Below, piece by piece: positions 32,029 to 41,804 of a DNA stretch of 64,000 nucleotides. Both the position numbers and the translations under genes were made by a program. The DNA is from a virus (Duplodnaviria > Caudoviricetes), in IMG/VR virus record IMGVR_UViG_3300044738_000005, positions 1 to 64,000 of that record; one strand, 5' to 3'. How positions within the stretch are numbered: position 1 is the first letter of the stretch; every line of letters starts with the position of its first letter. The notes beneath the pieces are model-generated. The model ran no database searches, was not told the DNA's origin, and saw only the letters and a program-made list of their open reading frames with translations.

Positions 32029-33455
32029 TGGCGGTCTACTACCCCTTCGCTCCTGAGAACGACGCGACGTACCGGCTCGTCAACGGGCCGCACGTCGCCG
32101 TGTTCAACGACAAGCTCGATCCCGACTACGTGGGCACGCTCTCCGAGATCACGGGCCTCGACTCGGCCGAGGTCCGCGAGTCCTTCGAGGACCTCGTGCA
32201 GGCGGACGGCGGCGTGCACGGCGACTTCTACTATGGCCGCCGCCCCATCGTGCTCACGGGCAAGTCCTACGGGCACCCCACGGTCGCGTTGCGCAACTAC
32301 CGCCTCGACAAGCTCCTGCGCGCCTCGAACGCGATGCGCTCGGACGCAACGCTCTCGTGGAGGCCGTCGCTGCGCACCGAGAACCTGATCGTGAACCCCA
32401 GCGCGGAGGTCGCCGTGACCCCTTGGGTCGCCAACTCCGCTGTGCCTCTGAGCCGCTCGACTACTTGGGCAGCGAACGGCACCGCCTCGTTCCGCGTCAA
32501 CGGCACCACGGCGGCGGGCTCGACCTTCCCGGGAATCTCGCTCGGGTCGGCCGACTTCATCCCTGTGCAGGCTGGGAGGGCCTACGGCATCAGGGCGACG
32601 TTCAACACCATCACCGCGCCCGCCGTTTCCAGTGGCGCAGTCGCGGTCATCCGGTTCTACGACGCCAACAAGGTGATGATCGGCACCAGCACCGACATCA
32701 GCGGCTCTACGTCGGGAACGGCAACAGGTGTCCGCTCGGTCGTCGGGGTCGGCACGGCACCTGCCGGAGCGGCCTACGCTGCGATCATCGTCTACGTGCA
32801 TGCCAACGCCGCCTACCCCGTTGACTTCTACGTGGACTCGGTGATCGTGTCTCCGCTGCCGACCGCGACCATCGCTTCGATGCCCGCGTACTTCGACGGC
32901 ACCACGGCGGGGATGTACTGGCAGGGCACGCCACACGCCTCCGCCTCGGGCGACTTCATCGAAATGTTCACGACCGTCCGACGCCAGCAGCCGCCGCGCT
33001 ACACGGGTGGCTGGGTCAAGGACTTCCAGATCGCGCTCGTGAGCGAGTACGCGCCGCTGTACTCGGCGGCCGTGACGGCGCGCACCGCGCTCGCGGGCTC
33101 GACCACTGGCGCGACCCAGCACGTCATCACCAACCGGGGCTCGGGCAAGGCCTTCCCGATCATCCGCATCTACGGCAACGGCGGCCAGAACCCCTACGTC
33201 GAGAACATGACGACCGGCGAGAAGGTCCGCTACGGCGGGTATGGCGGCGTCAACCTCAACCTCGCCAACGGTGCATGGGTCGAGATCGACACGCTCAACC
33301 ACACGGCGACCCTCAACGACGGGTCCTCTGTCAACGGCAGCATCGACTACTCGTGGTCAACGCCCGTGTGGCCGTCGATCATCATGGGAGACAACACGTT
33401 CCGGCTCGTCAACGCGGGCACCATGGACGTGACCTACCGCGACACGTGGTCCTGA
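32028..33455 (+). CDS. Distal tail (Dit-like) protein with a carbohydrate-binding insert
   Basis: Follows the TMP; YGRRPIVLTG; NLIVNPSAE CBM-like block. Confidence 0.8.
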   Translation: MAVYYPFAPENDATYRLVNGPHVAVFNDKLDPDYVGTLSEITGLDSAEVRESFEDLVQADGGVHGDFYYGRRPIVLTGKSYGHPTVALRNYRLDKLLRASNAMRSDATLSWRPSLRTENLIVNPSAEVAVTPWVANSAVPLSRSTTWAANGTASFRVNGTTAAGSTFPGISLGSADFIPVQAGRAYGIRATFNTITAPAVSSGAVAVIRFYDANKVMIGTSTDISGSTSGTATGVRSVVGVGTAPAGAAYAAIIVYVHANAAYPVDFYVDSVIVSPLPTATIASMPAYFDGTTAGMYWQGTPHASASGDFIEMFTTVRRQQPPRYTGGWVKDFQIALVSEYAPLYSAAVTARTALAGSTTGATQHVITNRGSGKAFPIIRIYGNGGQNPYVENMTTGEKVRYGGYGGVNLNLANGAWVEIDTLNHTATLNDGSSVNGSIDYSWSTPVWPSIIMGDNTFRLVNAGTMDVTYRDTWS

Positions 33456-33456
33456 C

Positions 33457-34584
33457 ATGCCTGCATCCGCAGTCTGGCAGGTCGTGCTCACCAATCTGCA
33501 GGGCCAGATGCCCTCGGGCTTCGGCGAGCTTCTGCAGGTCCGCGATCTGAAGGTCACGGACCCGCTCATGCGGGTCCCCCAGGCGACCTTCACGCTTCCG
33601 CTGTGGTCGGGCTACGCCAACACGATCCTCAACAACGACTGCCTGGTCAAGGTCTACCGCACGAGCGCCGTCGATGGCTCGCGCAGGCTCATGTTCCACG
33701 GGCCGGTCGTGTCGGCCGAAGAGAATGGCGAGGCTGGCGCGCAGAGCATCGCGGTCACGGCCGCCGGGCCGCTGTGGAGGCTCTCGAAGCGCATCATCCC
33801 GGGCAGCGATCTGCCGACTGACTTCCGCTATCCGGTCTCCGGCGAGTTGTCGCTCGGGACCATCGCTCAGTGGATCATCACCAACGTCAACGGCGCGTCC
33901 ATGACCGGCATCAAGGTGGGCTCGCTGTCGGGCACGATCCCAACCGGCGTCCTGGCCACGACGCCGCTCAAGAACGCTGGCGAGGCGCTGACCGAACTGG
34001 CGGCCGGGCTCAACTCCTTCGAGTTCGAGATCGTCCCGACCGAGCCGGAGGCGACGGGCACCTGGCCGTACATCGGGACGATGAACGTCGCCTCGTCCAT
34101 CGGCTGGGTGAGCCGCCCGAACGCGCTGTTCGAGTACACGGGCGCAGGGCGAGGCAACGTGTCCACCTACCAGCGCACGGTCAGCCGCGACGGCATGATG
34201 ACCAAGGGCTGGATCGCCTCGGCCGACTGGCAGGAGCCTTCCACGCAGCATCCGCTGCTGGTGGCGACGGCCGACAACGAGACTGCGCGCGGCCGCTTCG
34301 AGGACGTGGTGTCAGACGGCGGCATCCTCGACAACACGATCCGGCAGACGTTGCTCAACGAGCACATCATGGTGCGCAAGAACCCGCGCCAGGTCATCGG
34401 CTTCACCTGCGTCCCTGGGGCTCGGCCTTCGCCGATCATCGACTTCAACCTCGGCGACTTCGTGCGAGGGCGTGCCGTCGTGCGCGGTAGCGTGAGGTTC
34501 GACGCGATGTTTCGCGTCTGGGGCATCACGTACAGCCTCGTCAACGGCAATGAAGTCATCGAGTTGGAGTTGTCGCCGCCATGA
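33457..34584 (+). CDS. Minor tail/baseplate hub protein
   Basis: Position; FNLGDFV C-terminal motif. Confidence 0.78.
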   Translation: MPASAVWQVVLTNLQGQMPSGFGELLQVRDLKVTDPLMRVPQATFTLPLWSGYANTILNNDCLVKVYRTSAVDGSRRLMFHGPVVSAEENGEAGAQSIAVTAAGPLWRLSKRIIPGSDLPTDFRYPVSGELSLGTIAQWIITNVNGASMTGIKVGSLSGTIPTGVLATTPLKNAGEALTELAAGLNSFEFEIVPTEPEATGTWPYIGTMNVASSIGWVSRPNALFEYTGAGRGNVSTYQRTVSRDGMMTKGWIASADWQEPSTQHPLLVATADNETARGRFEDVVSDGGILDNTIRQTLLNEHIMVRKNPRQVIGFTCVPGARPSPIIDFNLGDFVRGRAVVRGSVRFDAMFRVWGITYSLVNGNEVIELELSPP

Positions 34585-37271
34585 GCGCACACCCACAGGC
34601 CAGTTGGTCGGCCGCAGGGAACGACAAGGACCCCACGAACGAGAAGATCGCTGACCTCCGGCGGCGCATCCGCGCGCTTGAGTCCAACAAGGGCGGCATC
34701 ACCGCCAACGCGATCTCGGGCGAGCAGATCAGCCCTGGCTCGATCACGACCGAAGAGATCGCCGCTGGCGCGATCAAGGCGGAGCAGATCGCGGCGGGCG
34801 TCATTTACGCCGGGCACATCGCGGCCGACACGATCCAGACCAACCACATCCTCGCAGGCGCGGTCACGGCCGACAAGATCGCGGCCAACACGATCCAGGC
34901 GGGACACATCCAGGCCAACTCGATCACGGCCGGAGTCATCCAGGCAGGTGCGATCCAGGCATCCCACATTCAGGCGGGAGCAATCCAGGCCGGTCACATC
35001 CAGGCCAACTCCATCGAGGCCGAGCACATTCAGGCGGGCTCGATTCAGGCTGGGCACATCGCCTCGAACTCAATCACCGCGCTGCACATCGCGGCCGGGT
35101 CGATCCTTGCCACGCACATTCAGGCCGCCCAGATCACGGCCACGCACATCGCGGGCCAGACCCTCAGCACGCTTGCGTCCCAGACCGGTGATCTGACCGT
35201 AGACGGCACGCTGGTTGTCGGCGGAGCGGGCTTCATTCGCACGTCGGTTGGCAACCAGTACACAGAGTTCTCGGCGGCGGGGATCAAGTCCTACGACATC
35301 ACGGACCCCTCGAACCCGACCTTCTCGCTGTCATCGGCGACCGGCATCGCCACGGCGCGCATGGTGATCCAGACCGGGACCCAGATGCCCCTTGGGTTCA
35401 TCGGCGGCGCGAACATGCTGCCCAACGCCTCGTGCGAGCGTCCTGACGGCACGACGACGCCGTGGGTTGCTTCGGCTGACTCGGGCGGAGCGCCGACCGT
35501 GGTGCGCGACGCCACGCGCGCTGTCCATGGGTCCTACTCGTTCAAGGTCACGCACACCACGGCCACGGCAAGCGAGGGCGTCACTCACCAGGCGACCCCC
35601 GTTGCCTGCTTGCCTTCGACGGCGCATACGGTGTCGGCGTGGGTCTACCCCACGACGGCTCGCGCGTTCAAGTTCTACACGGTGCAGCGCAACTCCGGCG
35701 GAACGATCCTCTCGACGCCAGGCTACACCAGCGCCGTGCTCCCCGCTAATGCGTGGTCACGCATCAGCTACACCTTCACGACGCAGGCGACGGCGGCCAC
35801 CATCGGAATCTCTGTGATCTCGTCGGCCGCGTTGGGCGCTGCTGAGTCCTTCTGGGTTGATGCGGTCCAGCTTGAGCCAGGCGAGATCGCTACGGCGTTC
35901 GCTCCGCGCACCGACGAGGTTCTGCCGGGCTCGATCACGGCTACGCACCTGGCGGCCGACTCGGTGACGGCCGCTGCTATCCAGGCGGGCTCGGTAACGG
36001 CCGCCAAGCTCTCTACGACCATCGCAGGCGGCAACATGTTGTCGAACGCAACGACGAGCTTTGAGAACGACATCGCGGGCTGGGTCTCCACGGGCATCGT
36101 GTTCCTCAACGGCGGTTCGTCCATCGCCTCGTCTGCCACGCAGGCCTACTTCGGCACGAAGTCGCTGCGCGTCATCACATCGGCTTCGCCGGGCTCCCAG
36201 GGCGTGGGCGTGTCGGTGGTGCCCGGCATCTTCCGTGCAGGCTCGAAGTACACCTTCAGCGCGTATGTCCGCTCCGGCGCGGCGGGCACCTATCGCATCT
36301 GCTTGGGTCGGGACCCCTACGTCGCCGGTGATCTCGCTGAGAGCCCGGTCACGTTCGCGGCCAACACGTGGAAGCGCATCAGCGTCACGTGGACGCCGCT
36401 GACCGATGCGGCAACGGCACAGCTTGCCGTCCGTCTGGACGACGCCCTAGCAACGACCTTCTACATCGACGCTGCGCAGCTTGAAGAGGGCGAGGGCGCT
36501 ACGGGCTGGAAGCAGTACATCGCCCCGGCGGCCATCGAAGGCAGCACCATCACGGCCGCTACGATCCAGACGATTGCTGGCGCGCAGTTCGGCACGGGAA
36601 CGGTCTTGGACGGCAACGGGCTGCAGGTCTACAACTCGGCCGCGCTGACCTCCCAGATGAAGGCAGGCGTCGGCGGGCTCGACTTCAAGGCCGACACATC
36701 GTTCAGCATCTTCGCTGACCCTGTGCGAAGCGTCCGCTGGCAGCGCACCATGGGAGCCGTGGACCGGGCCAGCACCGCTGCCAGCATCGTTGGAGTCGCC
36801 CCTGCGACCGGAGCAACGCTGGTCCTCACGGCCAACCGAGCGGACAACGTGGCCTCGAACGTGTACCTCGAAGCGAATACGTCCAGTCCGGGCAGGTTCT
36901 GGGCTGACGTAAGCGGTGCGTCGGCCCCACGAGTCATCATCGACCAGAATGACAAGTCCAACTTCATTCAGACCGAGATTGCGGGCAGCACCGCCGAGCA
37001 CAAGTTCCTGTGGAAGGGGCCGTACCAGTGGCAGATCGGCAACCTCGCCTCGGGCGGGGCGGCGACCAAGACCGTCAGCAACCCCTACGGCTTGACCGGC
37101 GCGATCATGGGATCGCTCTGGGAGTGGGGAGGCGCGACGGGACAGGTCTCGTGGGGCTTCCACAAGGACGCGACGAACTTCTACCTCGCGGCCAAGAACA
37201 ACGGGCCTGCCGCCGTGGGTGTGGACTTCGTGTTCTGGAAGATCGACCAGACCGCGACGACCATCGTGTGA
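34581..37271 (+). CDS. Tail fibre/receptor-binding protein with pentapeptide repeats and two CBM4/9-like domains
   Basis: Repeats such as IQAGH; NMLPNASCE and NMLSN..SFE blocks ending in DAVQLE and DAAQLE. Confidence 0.85.
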   Translation: MSAHPQASWSAAGNDKDPTNEKIADLRRRIRALESNKGGITANAISGEQISPGSITTEEIAAGAIKAEQIAAGVIYAGHIAADTIQTNHILAGAVTADKIAANTIQAGHIQANSITAGVIQAGAIQASHIQAGAIQAGHIQANSIEAEHIQAGSIQAGHIASNSITALHIAAGSILATHIQAAQITATHIAGQTLSTLASQTGDLTVDGTLVVGGAGFIRTSVGNQYTEFSAAGIKSYDITDPSNPTFSLSSATGIATARMVIQTGTQMPLGFIGGANMLPNASCERPDGTTTPWVASADSGGAPTVVRDATRAVHGSYSFKVTHTTATASEGVTHQATPVACLPSTAHTVSAWVYPTTARAFKFYTVQRNSGGTILSTPGYTSAVLPANAWSRISYTFTTQATAATIGISVISSAALGAAESFWVDAVQLEPGEIATAFAPRTDEVLPGSITATHLAADSVTAAAIQAGSVTAAKLSTTIAGGNMLSNATTSFENDIAGWVSTGIVFLNGGSSIASSATQAYFGTKSLRVITSASPGSQGVGVSVVPGIFRAGSKYTFSAYVRSGAAGTYRICLGRDPYVAGDLAESPVTFAANTWKRISVTWTPLTDAATAQLAVRLDDALATTFYIDAAQLEEGEGATGWKQYIAPAAIEGSTITAATIQTIAGAQFGTGTVLDGNGLQVYNSAALTSQMKAGVGGLDFKADTSFSIFADPVRSVRWQRTMGAVDRASTAASIVGVAPATGATLVLTANRADNVASNVYLEANTSSPGRFWADVSGASAPRVIIDQNDKSNFIQTEIAGSTAEHKFLWKGPYQWQIGNLASGGAATKTVSNPYGLTGAIMGSLWEWGGATGQVSWGFHKDATNFYLAAKNNGPAAVGVDFVFWKIDQTATTIV

Positions 37272-37322
37272 GCGGCCTGGTAGACTTGAAGGCTGACCGA
37301 CTACAGACCAAGGAGTCTCAAG

Positions 37323-37529
37323 ATGGCTGAGAACGAGGACCCCAAGGGCGAGGCTGAGAGCCCAGCGCCCGAACCAGAGATCGCGGCGGCCGTCGTGATC
37401 CTCAAGCAGACGGACGCCGAGGGAGCGATCAGCGTGGTCGTCACCCACCAGGGCGATGTTCGGCCGACTGAGTACGAGACCCTGCTGAAGATGGGCCTTC
37501 AGCGGTGGCAGCGGCAGATCGGGGTGTAA
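37323..37529 (+). CDS. Small acidic hypothetical protein
   Basis: TGG-TAGACT promoter and AGGAG RBS. Confidence 0.7.
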   Translation: MAENEDPKGEAESPAPEPEIAAAVVILKQTDAEGAISVVVTHQGDVRPTEYETLLKMGLQRWQRQIGV

Positions 37530-37538
37530 GGTAGAGCC

Positions 37539-37754
37539 ATGGCCACCACATCCTTTCAGTACAAGGTCGTGACCGAAGCCGAGCGCGCCAACATCGCGCG
37601 GGAGTTCCTGCGCAACCGCGAAGAGTCCTACTTCCGCGCGACGCTGGAATCGCCGCAGGGCGCAGACGACGAGGGCCTTCAGCCGCAGCGTGATCAGATC
37701 ACGCGGCTGCAGAAGGAACTCGCCGATCTCGAAGCCGCCGCCGACAAGGACTGA
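37539..37754 (+). CDS. Small coiled-coil protein
   Basis: TAAGGT 6 nt before ATG. Confidence 0.7.
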   Translation: MATTSFQYKVVTEAERANIAREFLRNREESYFRATLESPQGADDEGLQPQRDQITRLQKELADLEAAADKD

Positions 37755-37756
37755 CC

Positions 37757-38515
37757 ATGACTCGCAACGAGGCGAAGCGCCGCCTTGAGACCCGCAAGGT
37801 CAAGGCTGCCCGCGCCAAGCGCCAGTGGCACAAGGCCCAGGAGGCCTACGAGAACGCGGCTGCGAAGCACCTGCCGATCCGTGAGCGGCTGAAGTACGAA
37901 GCCGCCCGCGCCAAGCGCGCCTACCTCAAGCGCCAGAAGGGCGTCAAGGAGGCCCGCGAGGCGTACTGGCAGCACCCTGACCGCTTCCGGGTCAAGCCGG
38001 AGCTTCGCAAGCTCTCCCAGGGCCGCTCGTCGCGCTACGGGGCGAAGCCGACCCGCATCGTGCTGCACATCACCGTGTCGCATAACCGGCCGGGCCTCAG
38101 TGACGTGTCGGGCATGCTCTCCTACCTCTACCCGGCCAGCGTCGAGGCGTCCGCGCACATCGTCAACGACGCTGAGGGCCACGACGGCCGCTGCGTCGAG
38201 GACGACTACTCCGCGTGGACGCAGGCCGCGTACAACCGCGACTCGCTGTCCATCGAGCAGATCGAGTACGCCGACAAGCCCCGGGATGCCTGGTTCCGCG
38301 AGAACAAGGCGCAGTTGGAGAACACGGCGACGTGGATCGCCCACTGGTCCCACCTGTACGACATCCCGATCAAGCAGTCCACGAGCCACGGGGTCTGCCA
38401 GCACCGCGACCTCGGTGCGGCCGGAGGCGGGCACTCCGACGTAGGCAACGGCTACCCGATGGACTACGTGCTCAACCGAGCACGTGCGATCCGCAAGCTG
38501 CTCTACCGTCACTGA
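37757..38515 (+). CDS. Endolysin, N-acetylmuramoyl-L-alanine amidase (Amidase_2) with a basic N-terminal helix
   Basis: IVLHITVS, SAH, AW, NRDSLSIE, GH.D. Confidence 0.9.
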   Translation: MTRNEAKRRLETRKVKAARAKRQWHKAQEAYENAAAKHLPIRERLKYEAARAKRAYLKRQKGVKEAREAYWQHPDRFRVKPELRKLSQGRSSRYGAKPTRIVLHITVSHNRPGLSDVSGMLSYLYPASVEASAHIVNDAEGHDGRCVEDDYSAWTQAAYNRDSLSIEQIEYADKPRDAWFRENKAQLENTATWIAHWSHLYDIPIKQSTSHGVCQHRDLGAAGGGHSDVGNGYPMDYVLNRARAIRKLLYRH

Positions 38516-38568
38516 TGCCGCGCACCATCGTCTACCCACGCGAATTGACCCACGACCCAGGAGGCCCT

Positions 38569-38769
38569 ATGTCACCGACCACCACCAAGTCCAAGAAGCC
38601 GACCAAGAAGCTGACCGTCGCGTCGGCTGTCGCGGTCGTGCTCTACGCGGTGTTCTCGCTGCTCGTGCACGCCGACAAGGAGGTCGAGAACGCGATCAAC
38701 GTGGGCGTCCCCCTCGTGTTCGCGTACTTCACGCGCAACGACCCGACCCCAGGCGGCGTCCCCGCCTGA
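38569..38769 (+). CDS. Putative holin (in-frame upstream start at 38515)
   Basis: Follows the endolysin; two TM segments; GGAGG RBS. Confidence 0.7.
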   Translation: MSPTTTKSKKPTKKLTVASAVAVVLYAVFSLLVHADKEVENAINVGVPLVFAYFTRNDPTPGGVPA

Positions 38770-38829
38770 CCCCGGCTCACTGAGCCGCCTGGCTGTGTAA
38801 CGCAACCTGGGGGTGATCCAAGTCTCGCC

Positions 38830-38851
38830 AAGGCCCGCTCCGGCGGGCCTT
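38830..38851 (+). terminator. Intrinsic terminator
   Basis: AAGGCCCGC-TCCG-GCGGGCCTT. Confidence 0.8.
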
Positions 38852-38872
38852 GTGCGTGCTAGGATGTAGAGC

Positions 38873-39118
38873 ATGTCCCTCGCAAGCCCCGTCAAGGCCT
38901 CGTGGTCCTACGACTTCGGTGAGTACACCGGCTCCGCGCTCGGCGCGCAGGCCGCCGTGTCGATCAACGCCGCCATCGCCACCGCACGCGCCCAGGCCGT
39001 CACCATGATCGCCTCAGGCAACTACGGCCCGACCAACGGTGTCTACCGGGTGATCGTCCGTGCGGACGCGCTCGTGCCGCAGGGCTTCAGCGTCGAGGTC
39101 CGGCAGGTCACGTCCTGA
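38873..39118 (+). CDS. Hypothetical protein (81 aa)
   Basis: TGC-TAGGAT 7 nt before ATG. Confidence 0.75.
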   Translation: MSLASPVKASWSYDFGEYTGSALGAQAAVSINAAIATARAQAVTMIASGNYGPTNGVYRVIVRADALVPQGFSVEVRQVTS

Positions 39119-39660
39119 TGGCCTGCCCGCGCTCCAACTCCAAGAACGACCGGCTGCGCAAGCACATCAACTCGCGGCTGGCCAAGCCATGGACGCTCAA
39201 GGCGCGCACGTCCCAGCACGTCCGGGCGCATCTGGACAAGCACGGCTACGCCACGCCGCACTTCTCCTGGGACGAGCTTGCCTCCAACAACGGCGAGCGT
39301 GTCCCGGCCCGGCTGCGCTCCAACGCCATCCGCCACGCCTGGAACCTCGAACGCTTCCGGCACGCGCTCGGCGACGTGTCCATCAGCATCGACGGCCCGT
39401 ACCGCTCGCCGTCCTACAACCGCCAGGTCGGCGGCGCACAGAACAGCCGCCACACCTTCGCGGACGCTTCGGACTTCTTCGCGGCCCAGGTGGACCGCTG
39501 GGTGCGCCAGTCGGCCAAGCTGAAGTCCAAGGCCGACGTGCTGCGCATCGCCAACCGCATCTGGTCCAAGGGCGGCGTCGGCAACGAGACCTCAGGCACG
39601 CTCCACGTGGACTCGCGCGGCTATCGCGCCAGGTTCGTCACGTGGACGGCCGCTCGATGA
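39118..39660 (+). CDS. Peptidase M15A-family zinc peptidoglycan peptidase
   Basis: YRSPSYNRQVGGAQNSRH..ADASD...LHVD.RG. Confidence 0.9.
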   Translation: MACPRSNSKNDRLRKHINSRLAKPWTLKARTSQHVRAHLDKHGYATPHFSWDELASNNGERVPARLRSNAIRHAWNLERFRHALGDVSISIDGPYRSPSYNRQVGGAQNSRHTFADASDFFAAQVDRWVRQSAKLKSKADVLRIANRIWSKGGVGNETSGTLHVDSRGYRARFVTWTAAR

Positions 39661-39752
39661 CCCCCAGGCTCCCTGGCGGCGGAGAGCTTGCTGCGATCCT
39701 GATTCTCGGGCTCGCCGCTGTGGCGCTCTGTGTGCTCCTGATCCACCGCTGA
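39657..39752 (+). CDS. 31-aa membrane peptide
   Basis: ATGA overlap; hydrophobic helix. Confidence 0.55.
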   Translation: MTPRLPGGGELAAILILGLAAVALCVLLIHR

Positions 39753-39770
39753 GGTCCATGGGGTCCCTCA

Positions 39771-39785
39771 CGGCCTCCGAGGCCG
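39771..39785. terminator. Hairpin between convergent operons
   Basis: CGGCCT-CCG-AGGCCG. Confidence 0.45.
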
Positions 39786-39808
39786 GGAGAGCGCCCGCAC
39801 GAGGCCTC

Positions 39809-41254
39809 TCAGCGTCCCCAGGCAGCCGGGTTGTTGTAAAGTTCGGCCAGGGTGGCCACGGGAAGCTCCTGATGGACGACTTCGCCCTCGATCACTTCGT
39901 CCTCGGCGTCCCAGGGGGTCCCTTCGCCAGTCTCTAGGTCGGCCAAGGTCCGAACGTCCGGCACGCCGATGTTGACCAGGCCCCAGTGGGCCAGCAGCGC
40001 GGCCGACACTTCGTCGTCGTGGCCGGTGCCCGCCTCGAACTTCCAGCGGCCGGTGGTCTCGGAGATCGTGTAGCCGTAGGACTCGAACTCGCGCACCTGA
40101 TCCGGGCAGATGTAGGCGTGCCCGCGTTCGAGGTCGGCCGCCAGCAGCATCACGGCCTGCTGCTTCCACTGGTTGGTGAACTTGATTGGCACGGCGTCGA
40201 TGCCCTCGAAGGAGAGATCGTCGTACACCACGTCGCCGATGCCGGTGGAGTCCATGAAGATCGACACGTCCGTCGCGCCTCGGTCGTAGAGGTTGGCGAT
40301 GGCCGCCCCGATGCGCCGCCGTTGCTCTGGCCACGACACCGAGTTGAACCGCTCGTGGTAGACCGGTCGCCGGTTGCCCGCGTTGTAGGCGATCAGCACC
40401 GTGAAGTCGTTGTACTTGGCGAGGTCGATGCCCATGACGACGTGGCCCCTAGGCGTGCTGAGGGGCTGCACGGCCTCGTCACCGAAGCGGAACACGCTGG
40501 CCGAGGCGCTGATGAACTCCGCCAGGACCTCCTGCTCGTAGATAGCTGCCGGCAAAATCTCCTTCTGCCGCTCCCACTCCGACTCGGGGATCGTGGGGTT
40601 CGTGAACGAGGGGAAGCGCCACGACTTGAAGTCGGTCACGAGATCGTCCTGGCCCTCCACCCAGAGGCGGTAGTACCAGTTCTTGCCGCGCGGTGTGGAG
40701 ATCATCAGCGCGCCGCCCTGGCGGTCGGCCAGCGTCGGCTGCACGATCTGGAACCAGACGTTCTCGGGCATCGTGGCGGCCTCGTCCAAGATCACGAAGT
40801 CGGCCGAGCCGCCCAGCATGCCCTCAGGCCGGTCGGCGGAGTAGAACTCCATGCGCGAGCCGTTGGTGAACTTGAGCGTCACGGAGCGGCCAGCATCGAA
40901 GGCGGTCTCAGGCGGAGGGGCGTGGGTGAGAAGCTCGGGCGGAAGCTGCTTGAGGACCTCGGAGTAGCCGCGCTTGACGTTCTTGTAGATAGGGGCGATC
41001 CACCAGATGATCTTGCCGGGGTGGTTGCGGGCCTCACGCAGCGCGCGGGCCGCGCCCACCTTGGTCTTGCCCCAGCGGCGTCCGGCGCAGAGGATCAGGA
41101 ACCGCTCGTCGGCCATAAGCACGTCGCGCTGGCCCTCGGAGTGCGGGACCAGCATGTACTTCTGCAGCTTCTTCAGGAGCCGCTGGGCGGCTTCCGGGTT
41201 CGACTGGATGGCCGCCATCGCCCGCTCGGGCGTGGGCTTGCGCTGCGTGGTCAT
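39809..41254 (-). CDS. terL: Terminase large subunit
   Basis: AGRRWGKT (Walker A), ILDEAA (Walker B), ISTP.G, GIDLAKYNDFT, HDD. Confidence 0.95.
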   Translation of the reverse strand: MTTQRKPTPERAMAAIQSNPEAAQRLLKKLQKYMLVPHSEGQRDVLMADERFLILCAGRRWGKTKVGAARALREARNHPGKIIWWIAPIYKNVKRGYSEVLKQLPPELLTHAPPPETAFDAGRSVTLKFTNGSRMEFYSADRPEGMLGGSADFVILDEAATMPENVWFQIVQPTLADRQGGALMISTPRGKNWYYRLWVEGQDDLVTDFKSWRFPSFTNPTIPESEWERQKEILPAAIYEQEVLAEFISASASVFRFGDEAVQPLSTPRGHVVMGIDLAKYNDFTVLIAYNAGNRRPVYHERFNSVSWPEQRRRIGAAIANLYDRGATDVSIFMDSTGIGDVVYDDLSFEGIDAVPIKFTNQWKQQAVMLLAADLERGHAYICPDQVREFESYGYTISETTGRWKFEAGTGHDDEVSAALLAHWGLVNIGVPDVRTLADLETGEGTPWDAEDEVIEGEVVHQELPVATLAELYNNPAAWGR

Positions 41255-41730
41255 GCCTCTACGGCGTCGGTGATCTCTTCGGCCGTTCCCTCCACAAGCG
41301 CAGGCTGCTCGACCCCGCGCTGTCGGTCGAAGGCCGACATCAGGAGCCCCATGATCTCGGGGTTGTCCTCAAGGGCCGCCATGGTGTCGTTGATCACGTT
41401 GGGGTCCTTGTCGGCCTCGGACAGAGCGATCTTGAGCGGCCGGTCGAGGTACTCCTTGCGAATCTTCAGCAGCGTGTCGGTGTCGAGGTCGGAAGCCTCC
41501 TGCAGGCGGCCCTCGATGATGGCGTCGATCTTCCGGCCGATGCGCGCGATCCGCTCCTGGGCGAAGCGCGAGGCGTGCGCCTGGACCCTAGGGTCCTTCG
41601 TCCAGTCGGTGATCGTGTCCACGTGACAGTTGAACTCGGCCGCCATTTCGGGACGGGCCATGCCGCCGATGTAGGCCTCGGCTACGAGCTTGGCGAACTC
41701 GGGGTTGTCGATGCGGGACAGGCGCGGCAT
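41251..41730 (-). CDS. Putative terminase small subunit (N-terminal HTH)
   Basis: HTH-like EMAAEFNCHVDTITDW; directly upstream of terL; TACCTT 6 nt before ATG. Confidence 0.65.
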   Translation of the reverse strand: MPRLSRIDNPEFAKLVAEAYIGGMARPEMAAEFNCHVDTITDWTKDPRVQAHASRFAQERIARIGRKIDAIIEGRLQEASDLDTDTLLKIRKEYLDRPLKIALSEADKDPNVINDTMAALEDNPEIMGLLMSAFDRQRGVEQPALVEGTAEEITDAVEA

Positions 41731-41804
41731 GCACTCAAGGTACCGTTAGGCCTGCCAGAAGCAGCGGATTCCGCGCCGCCCTGGGGTTCCTGAGGGGGGT
41801 GCGG

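Noticed and set aside
34581-37271. Diversity-generating retroelement targeting the tail fibre
   Set aside because: No reverse transcriptase and no template/variable repeat pair found.
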